Of a DNA stretch of 64,000 bases, positions 24,901-38,590 are shown piece after piece. The DNA comes from Chrysomallon squamiferum. Lineage: Eukaryota > Animalia > Mollusca. Position 1 is the stretch's first letter; the number at the start of each line of letters is the position of its first letter. The stretch is taken from positions 21,390,001 to 21,454,000 of the forward strand of contig CM022670.1 in NCBI GenBank assembly GCA_012295275.1. The letters are read 5' to 3'. The notes below the pieces were generated by a model. It was not told where the DNA came from. It ran no database searches and was given only the letters and a program-made list of their open reading frames with translations. The position numbers and the translations under genes are program-made.

Positions 24901-27900
24901 AGTATCTTGGCATTGCTGCCTTCCTGATCTAATTTCACATCTTCAATTTTTACAGTTGATCTTTTGTAGAGGAATACATTTTTTTTCCACATGATCTAAT
25001 GTTTAATGTTTACTAGACATTATGGGTGACTCCAAACTGAATCAAAGATCAGAACCACTGACCCCATTTTTCTTATTTTCTAAAATAGAAGTAATTAGTT
25101 TAATTAGTTTTATTATATTTCATCTGTGATGTACTAGTTTTTAAAAAAAGAAAAGAAAAGTAAAACAAAGGGTAAAGGAACAATCATAACTGACCACAGA
25201 CCAGAGAAATTTGACAAAGTAGCAATAAAGTTTTATATTTCAATAATTTAGATTTAAATTTTCATTTTAAAAAAAAATACAATAAGAGACGTGCATGAAT
25301 TTGGTTATATCAGACCTGAGTTGTTTGTCTGAAAACTGACTATGTGATAGTTCGTTACTAAATTTAGTGATGAGTACATGAAGTGACGTGGGCACACCCA
25401 CAGTTTGTACAAGCCCTATTCACTTACTGCCTTACCATTTGCATGGAGATTAGCAGTTATCTGCAGAGCTTAATACATAATTCCCACCTGCTCTAATATA
25501 CTCTTCTAATCCCCTGCGATGTTTGAAAAAACCTCTCCCAATTACCCAGATCGTCTTTTAGCCTATAACATAATTCTTATTTTGTTATATAATATTTTAA
25601 TCCCCATATTAATTGTATTATTAGCAGATCTGTCTGCTCTAAATTTTAATCAAGCATCAGAAAAAACAGAGCTATCGGTTTACCATGTACATCATAATTC
25701 CAGTCATTAAAGTTGTAAAATATATCACAAGAACAACCTCATTAAAAAAATAATCTGGAAGTGTAAAGAAGTTTATTAGACCATTTATTTGTGATACTAA
25801 ATGTTGTTGTTGTTATCATAAAGGTTTTATAGCTGTTATTAAAAAATTATTTTTTTAATTATTTTTTTCATTGTTCACTAATAAGTGTTACTTATAATTA
25901 TATGTTTATTTTATTTATAATAAAACTATTTTATTCATTTACAGCAATTGAAGAAAGCCATAAATGACTGTTTTGCTTTGGCTGACACAGCTAAAGCAAA
26001 ATCCATTGGTTTTCCACCTGTAGGGTGTGGTGGTCTGTTCAAATATCCTCCAAAGTTTGTTGCAGCATCATTCATATCAGCAGCTAAAAATGCTGCAAAG
26101 AAAGGAATTCTACAGGTAGATTTAAATTTAAAGTTGTCTGACACCAGCCATATTTATCTCTTTACTGGTAACATTGAACTTCAGAAATATTTTGGCTTAT
26201 ATTTATATACTGTAAATATCATTAATTTAATAAATCTGGCATTTCCTGATATAATTTAAAATCTGAAATTGTATTTTGTGGTTGATTACTGTTTTGATTT
26301 AACCAGCAGACTGATATCAGTCTTAAAGTTTCTATTATTTTTCATTTTTGTTGTCCCAACTGTGACCATAAAACTATGATTTTTGCACACTTTCACTCCA
26401 AAAGTTGCATGAAAGAATTCATCATTTAGTTCACTGATCATGCAGCACTTGTTTATATGTTGTCATTTGTGATTGGCATGTATTAAACCAGTGAAATTGT
26501 GTGTTGTTTCTGGTGTCATTTCCAAGCATGAGAGTCTAAAGAATAATGAGCCTTTTTTCTGAGAAATAGAGCAGAAAATGGCCATACATTATATCTTGAA
26601 AAAGAAAAGATTTCTATCCTTATAGTAATGTTTTGCTTAAAAGTCAGTGGTCAATATGACATCAAGTTGTATATTCAGACAGCCAAACATGGCAACAATG
26701 GGCAAAAGAAAGCATATAACCATTGATCCTAAACTTCTGTTTTCATAGTTTCTTTAAATGCATGAACTAATGAAATTTGGCTGAACATTTTAAAAAGATC
26801 TCATCGTATGTGTGTGTATGTAATAATATTCACATGATCCACAGTATATTATTTTTCTGATTATTGTGACCTCTTTGGTTATTGGCATTTTTTGTTGTTT
26901 TTTAGGATATTGGTTTCTTTATCTTTGACAAAAAGGTCTACAATATTTTTTTGGATGAAATCAATCCACAGAAAACATACGGAGGTGATGTTTTTTAAAC
27001 AGTTTCAAACTTAAAATTTAATATAAAGTTTAGTGACATACAGATAGAAAATGATAACTGACAGCCAGACAGATGCATAGTTTGTCATAAAGAGGTTAAC
27101 AGATAATTAAAGATTTAGTCATTTACAGAAATTATGTTTGATGTTTTGCTAATGAAATAAATGTGATTTTATTTTATTAGTAGTAGTAATGAAATTGATT
27201 TCTACTAATAAATAATGTGTATTTGCAGTTTTAAATTATTTTATTATAAATAAAAAATCTGTATTTTAAAAGATATAAAATCTAATGTATAAGTTCAGTT
27301 ATGGTTATAACCTAAAACATTATGTACACATTCATATTTTAAAACTATTTGTAAAATGAAACATTTATTATGATGCATAGAGAGTCAGATGTTTTATTGT
27401 TATATCATTTTGTCAAAAAAAAAAAAAAAAAAAAAGAAACTTCAAATTTGATAGCCTCAGTAAATCATTTCAAAAATGCCATATGTTTAGTGCTTTATAA
27501 AGACATGGGAAATGCTAACCTCCATGCATCATCAAAAAGTTATTTTATTGTTATTCTTTATTATTAGCAAACATTGTTTGAAAATGATAAATAATCACTT
27601 AGAAGCATACATTTAAGCTATTTATTGATACAATTTAAGATTTTCATAACAAAATTGTTTTTTATTTTATTTTTATTTATTTTCAGGCCAACGTCCACAT
27701 GATTCAGCCCAGTGAGTTTGTTTTATCTTTAAATTTTTTATTAGTGGTGAACAAAGTAAAATACACACAAAGTGAAGTACCATCATTTGAAATTCCTTCA
27801 TAGAAAATTATTTATTTATTTTGTATAAACTCTACAATAAAAATGTTTTAAACTTTCTTCATCCATTCATTATATTTACTTCTCTTGCTAAATACAGAAG

Positions 27901-30900
27901 TGTTTAAAACGAAAAATTAAAAAGTGTATATTGTTTGGATTTTAAATAGTAATTTCATGATGTTTCCTGAACAAGAAGGCTTTGCAAGTGGAGATAACAC
28001 ATCTATTCAGATTGGGTCGACAACAATACAAGTACTAAAAGGAGATATCACTAAACATAAGGTACAGATTCTGTTTGAAAACAATTAATTTATATATACT
28101 TTTATTTGATATGCAATTCATTATTAAAACATTACTATTAAAACTTGTGCTTATTTCAAAGTAAAGTGAAAATGACAATCAATACATTTGAATAAAATTG
28201 AAGGCAGTGGAATCTGTTGCTGCTCGAAATTTAGCATCATTATTATTCTACAAAAACTAAAAGTGAATTATTGTATCAATTAAACTGATACTTTTTTCAT
28301 ATTAATTCAATACATAAATTTAAAATGTCCAATCATTTACTCAAATTATTATTATTATTATTATTTTTATTTTATTTATTTATTTATTTATTTCTAATTA
28401 TAGTGAGTAGCCTATATGGAATGTAAAGCCATCAGAATTAAAGATTTTTCTACTAATTTTCAGGCTTCAGTTCTGGTGAATGTCATCACTGAGGATCATG
28501 ATCTTAGGAAAACAGCTGTCTCACAAGCATTTCTTCGTTCTGGTGGAGCTTCTCTTAACCAAGTATGTTTGTTCATCTGGCTAAGTGCCAGTCAGCAGTA
28601 CAGAGCTGAGGGGTAGAAAAGTTGGCTAGATCTATGAACAATAGCAGGAACAACCTATTTAATTTCTCATTCCATTTCCCATAAAGAATTTATCATAGAC
28701 TAATGTACATCTTTTCTGTCAGGTACACTTAAATGATGACACACTGTTAGTAAGGCAGCTGCTGTTTTTCCACCTTTGTCACTTAGCAGCAGGTGATGTT
28801 TTTGTAGAGTGCATACCACAGTCTTTGATAAACAAGTGATGGATCAATGGCTGGAATGAAAATTGCTTAAAGGTTCCCTGAGTAGGGTTGATCATGCAAA
28901 CAAGCTTGCTTCCGGATTATGGAAATACAGCAGTTTCCATTGTAATATTCAAGTGAAGGAAACTGCTAATAACTAATAAACTCAAAATAAATTTTAATTA
29001 TTTCTGTGACTCTTGATTCTCTAATATTAACTGCCAAATAAAACACAGACTTGATTACTTATACATATTTGTCAGTAAAACAGCATGTAAATAATCCTGT
29101 TCACACAGATTTAACCCATTATGATAGATTTAACTAACATTTGACTGTGTTGTTAAACATATTTTTATCTTTAGCTTTATTTATTCTTCTCTAGAGACTA
29201 TTATTACAATGCTATTTAACTTTTCTAAAAAAAAATTCTTTCTATATCTTAAGAAATGTGTTTTCTCCTAAACCTTTCTTTAAGAAAAAGTTTTATTTCA
29301 GGCATTTCAACAAGCAACATCATCTGGTGAAATGAAAAAGATCTATGTTACTAAAGGTTATGATCTCAGCTGTGATTATGTTTACCATGTTGTGGTAAAG
29401 AAATTTGACAATTCAAATGCAGCATTGTCAAGACAGGTAGGTCTATTTAAGAAGAAGAAGTTTTAAAATCAGTTTCTGAATTGAAATGTTTATCAGAAAA
29501 GAAAAACTTGGTGTAACAACATTATTGTTTTAAATAAAATTAACTTCTTTTCAATTTTTCTTTATCTACTGCAACTACTACTATAATTATTAATTTATAT
29601 TTCTGACAGAAATTAACAGCTGTTACTGAGGAGTGTTTCAAAGTCGCAGAGAAGTACAACACCAAATCTATTGCCCTTCCAGCCATAGGAACCGGTGTTT
29701 TGTTTAAATTTTCCCCTTCATTTGTGGCAACATGTCTTGTATCAGCTGCCAAAGATGCAGCTCAGAATTCCACCAGTTTAAAGGTATCACCATGTTTAGA
29801 AAGGATTTCTTGTCTTTATGATGCAGACTTAAAAATCATTTCAGTATTTTACAGCATGCAGTTAAATGAATTCTTGTTCTATTATAAATAAATAAATAAT
29901 ATTGCTAGTAAAAAGAAATTTATTGTATTAATTAATTACTCAGAGAATTAAAAAAAAAAAAAACTTTTAATTATATGAGATGCAGATTTCGTTATGTTTT
30001 ATTCATTATTTTGACTTTGAAATTGAATACACTTTTATTAACATGAATGTACTTGGATTTCAGAATATATCTTTTGTGATTTATGATCGAGACATCTACT
30101 TCACTTTTCTGAAAGAACTGACATCAGCCTCACCAGAAACATCAGAACCCTACAGTAAATTCATAGGGAGGCAAAACAGTATGTTTTAATATTACAAATT
30201 ACAAATATTATCAAGTCATATTAACCTACATTCAGAAAGTGAGTTTTGATGTTCCAAATTACAATTATATACAAATAAAAACAAATTTACACACACATGT
30301 ATTGATATTATGAATGTTAATTTAAGTTCATTTCTTTCATGTGTAATTTTTTTAATATTTATTATTATTATTAATATTATTATTATTTTTTTTTATTATT
30401 ATCTTTTTTTATTTTTATTTTTTCCATTTTTTTTGGTTATCTAAAAAAATGTTTCAAGTATATAACTTCCTTTTAGTCTTTTCCAGTTAGTGAACGCTAA
30501 ATTTAGAAATAACTATAACAGACAAAATTATAACAATTAATTAATTAATAACTTCAAATGCAACAAATATGTATGAACGATCTTTAAATAACAATTCTAT
30601 TTTAAAATATTTTTCACACAGAACGCATTCCATCAGAACGAGCTCAGACATCAAAAATTACCATTGAAGCAAAGACACAAGACATATGCATGAGGGCAAA
30701 GAAAGCTCTGATTAAAGATTTGCAGTCATCTTTCTTGCACACAGAGTTTGTTGAAAATGATGGCATCACAAAACTTCCTTCAAGCAGATGTTCACAGCTA
30801 GCCAAAATGGCAGATGAAAATGGAGTGTATATTAAATTTCCAAATCCAGGTCAGTCACTTATGAATCCTATTTAAAAGTTGATATCTTTATTTTTGAACA

Positions 30901-32885
30901 GAATACAAAAATACCTATCTTTCACAAAACTTTTAAATTTTATTTTCCTCTGACTTTACTGGAGTTTTTTTGTAACCTGTTTGATAGAAAAAATGTGTCA
31001 GAAAGATGTATATTTTTATAGTTATTTTTACCATGATTCTTATAATTTATTATAGTATTAGTTATTTTTCTTGTTTTCTCTTTTTGTTTGAAGATGAAGG
31101 TGTATTCAGTATTTTATGAATTGTTTTTTAATTTTAATATCAGTTATTATTTTATAGAAATTTCTTAAATATTGTTTTGGTTTACAGATTTCAGTCTAAG
31201 ACATAATCATCATTAAATGTCACTTCACTGAAGAAACGTTATTATTTACTTGTGTTTTCATATTTATATACATCTATATATTTTCTTTTTACACACCGAG
31301 ACAGATATGCACACACAAACACAGAGATAGATGGGTAGACATATGTATGATATTATTTATTATCATTTTAGAGAAAATTAAATCTCACAGGAAGATTCAG
31401 TTAAAATTAAAAGGAGAAAAGGATGCTGTGACTGCTATCAAAATGAGGGTTCAAGACATACTGCTGAATGAAATGTCAAAAGAAAGAAAAGAAAACACTC
31501 GTAAATATGCAAAGCCTGGTACAGCTGAATTTATCAAAATGATGGCAACAACTTCAGATCATAACACTCCAAAATACTGGACATATTTTACACCAGCCAC
31601 CTTCATATCACAAGTTATGAAAACTGTATTTCATACAACTAAGAAAGATTGGAGCCTGGAAGATGTTCCTGCAAAAGACGACATCTACAAAGCTATCAGT
31701 GATTTGGTTGTTAAAACATGGAAACAAAATCTGGTTGGTCAAGGACAGGATGCAAAGAACTTGAATCCCTTAAATAAATTAAAAATTGTAAAAATCCAGA
31801 GACTAGAAAATATTGAACTTTTTAGACGCTACTGTCAAAATAGGGCAAGACTGTTTGTGAAAGCTGCAAAAAAACCAATCACACCTATCAGAAAGCTTCC
31901 TGGTTCAAAAGGTGAGGTGGAAACAACAGCTGCTGTAGCGCCTAGTTTAAGACAAGATATCTATGTGAATGAGGTTAACGAACATTATTTATTTCACGGC
32001 ACAAAAAAGGACACGATCAAAGTGATTTGTGAAAATGGGCTTGATAGTCGAGTATCAAAAACCTCAGGGATGTTTGGTCCTGGTGTTTATGCAGCAGAGA
32101 GTTCCACAAAGGCTGATCAGTATGCAGGTCAGATAAACATAAAATAATACATAAATAAATAAGAGTCTTAATAAAAAAAAATCTGTTAATAATCAAATTC
32201 CTATCATAGTTTGTTTTTATAAAGTAAATATATTAATTTTAGAGACAGTTATACAAAATTGAAAATAGTTTTTTATACATAAAATAACCACAACAACAAC
32301 AAAATAATAATAATAATAATAATAAAAAAATAATAATAATAATAATAATAATATTTTAAAAGCTAAACAGAATTTTGTTTTGAATGATCCTTTTCTTTTC
32401 TATCTTTTTTTTTTTTTCCCCCTAACATGATACCTTAAGAAGCAAATAAAAATAAAAATATTCTGAACATTGTCCTTAATAATCATGAACATCATGTCAC
32501 TGTTTTACCGGGTATTAGTTTTGTAGGTCTTTACTCAGGATAACTGAAATATCATACTTCATACCATCTCAACACCTCTGAGCTGTATTCTGCTATTCTG
32601 TTTTTTACAGATGACAAGAAAAACCGACAACCCAATGGAACTAACCTGTGCATGATTCTCCTAAGAATGGCCCTTGGAGAACCATTTTTGACCAATGACA
32701 AAAATTCACCCAAGTATCGTCTGCCACCATGTAAAGGAAGTGGATGTCACACAGATGGCTGCACAGCTCATTCAGAGACGTTTGATTCAGTTATAGGAGA
32801 TGGAAAATGGCTTTTCAGAGAATTTGTTGTTTATGAACGAGACTTAGTGTACCCTGAATATTTTATCACATATCAACGTGTTTAG
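18951..32885 (+). CDS. PARP14-like RRM/KH-macro-macro-ART protein, copy B. Exons 18951-18989, 19138-19273, 19731-19973, 20775-21961 (+1 frameshift near 20995), 22327-22496, 22810-22942, 23410-23647, 24178-24276, 24472-24606, 25945-26115, 26906-26984, 27687-27711, 27950-28061, 28464-28562, 29302-29436, 29610-29783, 30064-30154, 30622-30849, 31372-32127, 32611-32885
   Basis: PARP10/14-type RRM motif DTLTFYFENKKNGG..AIVEF, KH-like segments (ICISGTEMEIKEAHVEIL), two macrodomains and a PARP domain. Exons are phase-compatible and collinear with copy A. Confidence 0.88.
28690..28900 (-). mobile_element. Possible old SINE-like repeat in a PARP intron (also at ~3075-3300 and, inverted, ~17430-17620; similar degenerate piece ~49660-49760)
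   Basis: Motifs ttagcagcaggtgatgttttt..cataccacagtctttg..tggctggaatgaaaattgct resemble, from memory only, an abundant gastropod tRNA-derived SINE. Not verifiable here. Confidence 0.3.
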
Positions 32886-33899
32886 TTCCTTTACACAAGA
32901 CAAAACATTTCAGCTGCCCTAGATAAGATTTGATGCATGAAATACAAGATATAACTTTTATACATAAAAAATGTAACTTGTACACCTAAAATATTATTGT
33001 GTAATATTACTTTCATAAGATATCACGTCTACAAACAATATGTTAAAGTATTATGTACATAAAAAGTTAGTCTGCATATTATTTTTATGTAGAAAACATT
33101 ATAATCTGCACAGTTCACAGCACTATATTTACACTGTTATACAATATACAGAAGATATTTTTGGCTATTCACGTTACTATAGAGGAGACTGGCTGTTCTT
33201 ATACTTTAGAAATCTGCTTGTTGTAAGGACTAAACAGAGATATTTTCAAGAGTAAATTAAATATATATATATATATGGCTGATCCTCAATGTAATTTTTT
33301 TAAAGATTTGTGTGTTTATGTGTGTTATTGTTTTTACACACATACACACACACATTCATACGTTATTCACGGATACAAATTTGTGAAATTTTCTTTATTT
33401 CTTTATTATGTTTTGTAAGATGAATATTATTGCTTATCAGCTGTCAGCAGGATTTATTATTTTGTAGCAAAATGAAATCATTACAATGTTTCTAAAGTTT
33501 TGTTTTATGCTTTTAAATTGAGCTTAATCTGCATAGATTAAAATTAATTTCTTTGGGGGTTTTGATAGGTGTGTGAAACATCAAAGCCAAAATTTTCAAT
33601 ACAGCTTCTTTTAGACTCAGTATTTACTTGTTTTAATGTTTTAATTTTTCCATTTTTATTGTCAGTCCACCAATAACAGCAGGAAATCTTATGTCCTTTC
33701 AGTGAATGATTACAAGTATAGTTAGATTCCAGTATAACATTTAATTATATTGAAATATCTTGTGATTAAGGCATTTGTCTTAATTTTGTTTACCTGTCTT
33801 GCTTTTGAATATTTAAAAGCACCAAGTGATTATTTGTCATTAATGTTAATTTTAATTTGTGTGTGTGTGTGTGTGTGTAAATTTTCTTTCTTTTCAGTT

Positions 33900-33930
<31 letters not shown>

Positions 33931-36051
33931 TTTTATTTTTTTTTTTTTTTTTTTAGATGTGTAGTTTTTTTTTTTTTTTTATATTTATATTCATCTGTTT
34001 TAAAAATATTTTTTGTTATAGATTTTTATTGTGTTTTTTTTGTTTCCTTTTTCAAAATAGGCAAAATGAATATATTATAATTTTGAATTATCATTACATC
34101 TTGTTTTTAAAATATACTGTGGTGAATAACCATTTATCTGGGTATAGAAATGATATAACTTTTCCAAAAAATTTACAACATTTGTTTAATTTAATGAATA
34201 TAAAAAAAAAAAAATAATAAAAATAAAAAAATTAAATTATTGTAAATACACAATGAAAAACCAAGAATGAAACTGTATTTAACTTGATTTCTGGATTTGT
34301 TGAAAAAATATAAAGCTAAATCTTTAAATGTTTAAATTATAAAATACACAATGAAAAATAAAGAATGAAACTGTATTTAACTTGTAAAATTAAAAATGTG
34401 TGTGTGTGTGTGTTTATTTATTTGATTATTTTAATCACAAAGCAGTATTTACCAGAGCCTTCTGACATTTAATGATGTTAATTTTGGATGGTTGTATTAT
34501 TTAAACAATGTGATTACAGTACTCGTAATAAAAACCTGATTTAACTTTTGGAGGATTTATGTCATTTGTTTAATTATATCTAATAAAAGTTGTTTTATGT
34601 ACCTCACTGATTTTTTGCCATGATGTTAGTGAAACCAACATTATTGATTAGGTATTTATTTACATTCAGGGAACAGTTCAGAGTCTTTGATTAGCTAACC
34701 ACAGGGAAATGGCTGATCAGGTAGTAACCAGTGTGCAACCTAGAGAAAATATACTTAATATAAGCTCATACATTATTCTTTTCACAAATTAATTTATATT
34801 TCTGATACCAGTTAAAGTATTGACCAATTCCATTCATATTATAATTTGTTATTTTAATTAGCAAATCGTGGCACCTTTTGTGTGTGTGTGTGTTGTGTGT
34901 AGATATATATATATATCTATACACACACACATATGATAAGGATTCCTTGATCTAAAATTATCGTTCAGTAAGAAACATTTTCAAATCTGTCAGGTTTTTT
35001 CACTAATTATTGTATGTAGTTTGCTTTCAAAACAGGATCAAAAACATAAAGAAATGTGTTTATAGAAAGAAATTTAAATAAAACTATTATCTAATTTGGG
35101 TTTCCACAAAAAAAGTAAAAAATATTGATATGCATAGAAGTAAGTATGGGATACATCAAAAGACAGTTTGAATCATTACATCAGTGTTGTTTCACTTTCT
35201 GCACATCATACTGTTAACTCAGTATGTCCATGATCCAATCTACTAAAAAAAAAATATATATATATATATGTATATATATTTATGTATAAGAAACAATGTT
35301 TATCAATCATATTCATTTATTACATATATGTAGTTACAAATCATGATTGTGGCAAACACTACATGAAAGTCAGTGTTAATTCCCAAATATTAAAATTAAT
35401 CCATGGACTGCTAAGTATTAGATCCTGTTGACCAAATTTTTTGAAGCACTTCTACAAGTTTTATTAAATATTCACCAGACAACTGTTTATCTAACTGGAT
35501 GCCAAGGCAACAGTATGTCTTTGTACTTCTTTGGTGCTGAAACAAACATTAAAAAAAGAAGGTAAACACTGTCGTGTGTTTGTTTAGCTGAAACTTAAGA
35601 ATATCTGTTTTCTGGAATATTTGCTTATTCAAAAATATCTGGAAACTAAGTCGAAGTCAATCATATAATTCAGAAATTCAAATCAATCTTAAGACTAATT
35701 AGGAAATACTTCACTAGTTTGTTTCCTAAATTTATAAGCTAAAGTATATGCGCAAGCTTGATCCTTGTCTTTCTGAATTATAATAAATCATTTACTTTTT
35801 AGAGAAATAATGTACATTTTTAAACTAAAATTAAAGTTTGATTATTTTCATTTGAAACTGTAATTAGTATTAAGATTAGCCTTATGTTAATGCTTCAGTT
35901 ACATAGCAGAACAGAACATGTTTAAATAACATACAAATGAGAAACAAGTAATATTTTGTGTTGTTCACAAAAATAAAAAAAACCATCAAAGTTAAATTCA
36001 CCATATTTTCATGGCCATATCATTACTTCTGATAATAGTTGACATAACACT

Positions 36052-36052
<1 letters not shown>

Positions 36053-36100
<48 letters not shown>
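36053..36100. repeat. (GT)n microsatellite
   Basis: Directly visible; similar tracts at ~40160-40217 and ~41924-41956. Confidence 0.95.
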
Positions 36101-36101
<1 letters not shown>

Positions 36102-36414
36102 GATAAATAAATATAGTAGAAACCTTCATCTGGAAAATCTTCTGGATGTAGCCTAACATAATCTTTCAGAATATGTAGTTTCTTATTCTGTGTGTGGAGA
36201 ACCCATTTGTCAAGCAAAGAACCACAGTAAAACCCTCCAGCTGTAAGAATGCCATGCATGTAAATAGCTGAAACAAAAAATGTTTTTTATGGCTTTTATA
36301 ATGAAATACAAAATGTAACAACATAAATATTATATTATTAATTAATGCAATACCTTTCTGACAGAATGACTGAACTGCAGTTGCTTACACAGTGTAACTT
36401 AGTAGGTACCGACA

Positions 36415-37169
36415 TAGGGTGTCCCAAAAGTAACTGAACCGCAAACTTAAATGAAATTAGATATTAAAAACAGCAAATTTAATCTGTATATTTAGTATTT
36501 ACAAATGTTCAAAATGTCTACGTTTTTGTAACTTCAATACAAAAACGAACTGCTTTTGGACAACCTTTTTAAGGAGCATTTGACACACTTCCAGTTACTT
36601 CAGATTTGGATACAAGATTGAACATTGTTGATTTACTTGGTACAGGTGTTTTAAAGTTTACTTCCCATCTTTCTTCAATGTGCTTGTAGCTAGTCATTGC
36701 ATAGTAATTCTTAATAACGAAGATACATTCGTTTAATGTAAAGTTCTTCACTGCATTTTTAAGAATGAGGGTACCATTTCAAGTCAAGCCATGGAGAGTC
36801 CAGTATCGTGTGCTGAATAAGAATCAAGCTATGACGTAGGAACAAAACAAATAAGATCAGCAAAAAGATTCAGGTGTAATGTCTGCCTTTATTGCAGTAC
36901 AGAAAGAAACTGTCCAGAGAGCAAGTTAAAGGAGAAAGAACATGGAACGCCTATGAGAACATGAACAGTATTAAAAGACCGCATTGTCGCAGTAAAACAG
37001 AAGTCTCAATCATGAAGAACAAAAATCATTCCAAAGACTACTACTGACAGAAGTAAATGAATAGTACAAAAGATAACATAAAATGACATAAAAGATGGAA
37101 TTAAATTTGTTATTTTTAATATCTAATTATATTTAAGTTTGCAGTTAAGGTTACTTTTGGGACACCCTG
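36415..37169 (-). mobile_element. Tc1/mariner (maT-like) deletion derivative with ~70-bp TIRs
   Basis: tagggtgtcccaaaagtaac..gcaaacttaaat..aattagatattaaaaa..caaatttaat is mirrored at ~37099-37169, followed by TA. Internal ORF 36569-36751 (FTLNECIFVIKNYY..PVPSKSTMFNLVSKSEVTGSV) resembles a DUF4817-type transposase N-terminal HTH. Confidence 0.85.
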
Positions 37170-38590
37170 TATATAATGCAATAATAACAAACTATGTTAT
37201 TTGATTTTGGTTTACTCAAAAAAGTTTTAGACAGTTCTATCATGGATTTCTAAACACAGAACAACATTAACAATGCATTTGTTTTGTTGATATCGAATGA
37301 ACAATGGCACCATGAGTTTCTTTCAACCTGTTTCATCTATGAAAATTATGTTATGCAAAGAATATAAAGTATATTTTCAAATGAATAAATGAAATTGGAT
37401 AAAAAATAATTAGATATCAGATACAGCATGAATTCTCTGATAAAAATTGAAAAAAGAAAATATTCTGAACCTTGAAGTTCTGTATAGTTGCAATCATTAA
37501 TTTATGAACAAAACATTGATAAATTCTTTCAGAGATGATTACTCTTAAGTAATTTCTACTTAATGGCAAAATATTTTTTATAGTAATTTAGTCATCAGAA
37601 CTTGCTAAGAAGTCTTTGGTAAATTTTTATATTCATTTTGTGCTGTTGTTTTGTTTGTTGTTGCTTTTTCTGTATCAAGTATAGCAGAATTAATAAGAGT
37701 TAAAATAGAGAAAAGACTTCAAGTTCATCGCCTTTACTCCTGAATTAATTCAGTAGAGGAACTTATACAACGATTGATTCCTATTACATACCAACTGTCA
37801 TGTTTGTGGCTTATCCGTTGACATCCATGTGTTAACTTTGTTTGTATCAAAGCGTTAATGTTACATCCATGTGATAATCACAGCAAAGGTTACCTCTCTC
37901 AGAATTATCATCATCATGGTACTGTGCCAGTATCTTAGATTCATACAATTCAAAATTAACTTACTATTAAAATATCATACTGTAAAGTATTAACTATCAT
38001 ACTATCAATCATACCATGATACTAAACTATGTTACGTAGCAATGTCAAATATTTATTTTAAACATATATTCTGTACCTGTATGAAGCGGTCTTCGAAGAG
38101 TATAATTAATTACTAATGCTAAACCATATCCTGTCACAGCTGAAAGCGCTTCATTTATTGAAATATCTGGAAGTGGCATGGCTAAGAAAGTCTTATACAA
38201 AACAGATCCAAAAGACCTTGACAAATGATGTGAACACCAAAATGTACTGAAAAAATAAAAATGTGATTAGCTACAAACCGAAACAAAGATCAATATTTTG
38301 TAACTGTAAATGCAGACATTTTAGTTTGATTCATTGTTATTATTATATTTCGTTTCAACACTTTTATACATTAATTGTTTTCATTAGTTATATTCTTTTA
38401 TTAATTACGATTAGTAATTTTATTTTTATATTCGTTCCGATTAATTTTCTGATATCGAATTTTATAGCGATAGTTGTAGTCTCTATTATAGCTTTATGTA
38501 TTTAAAGACTGTAACTCTGAGATGTAAACAGAATGTGTGTATATTTATAAGAATTATTAAAAAATATATATTAAGTAACTAATTTTCCTA

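Noticed and set aside
33750-34217. Phe/Ile/Cys-rich 'membrane' ORFs (also 14139-14471, 38263-38505, 54547-54807 and others)
   Set aside because: Translations of poly-T, (GT)n and AT-rich non-coding DNA with no splice or homology support.
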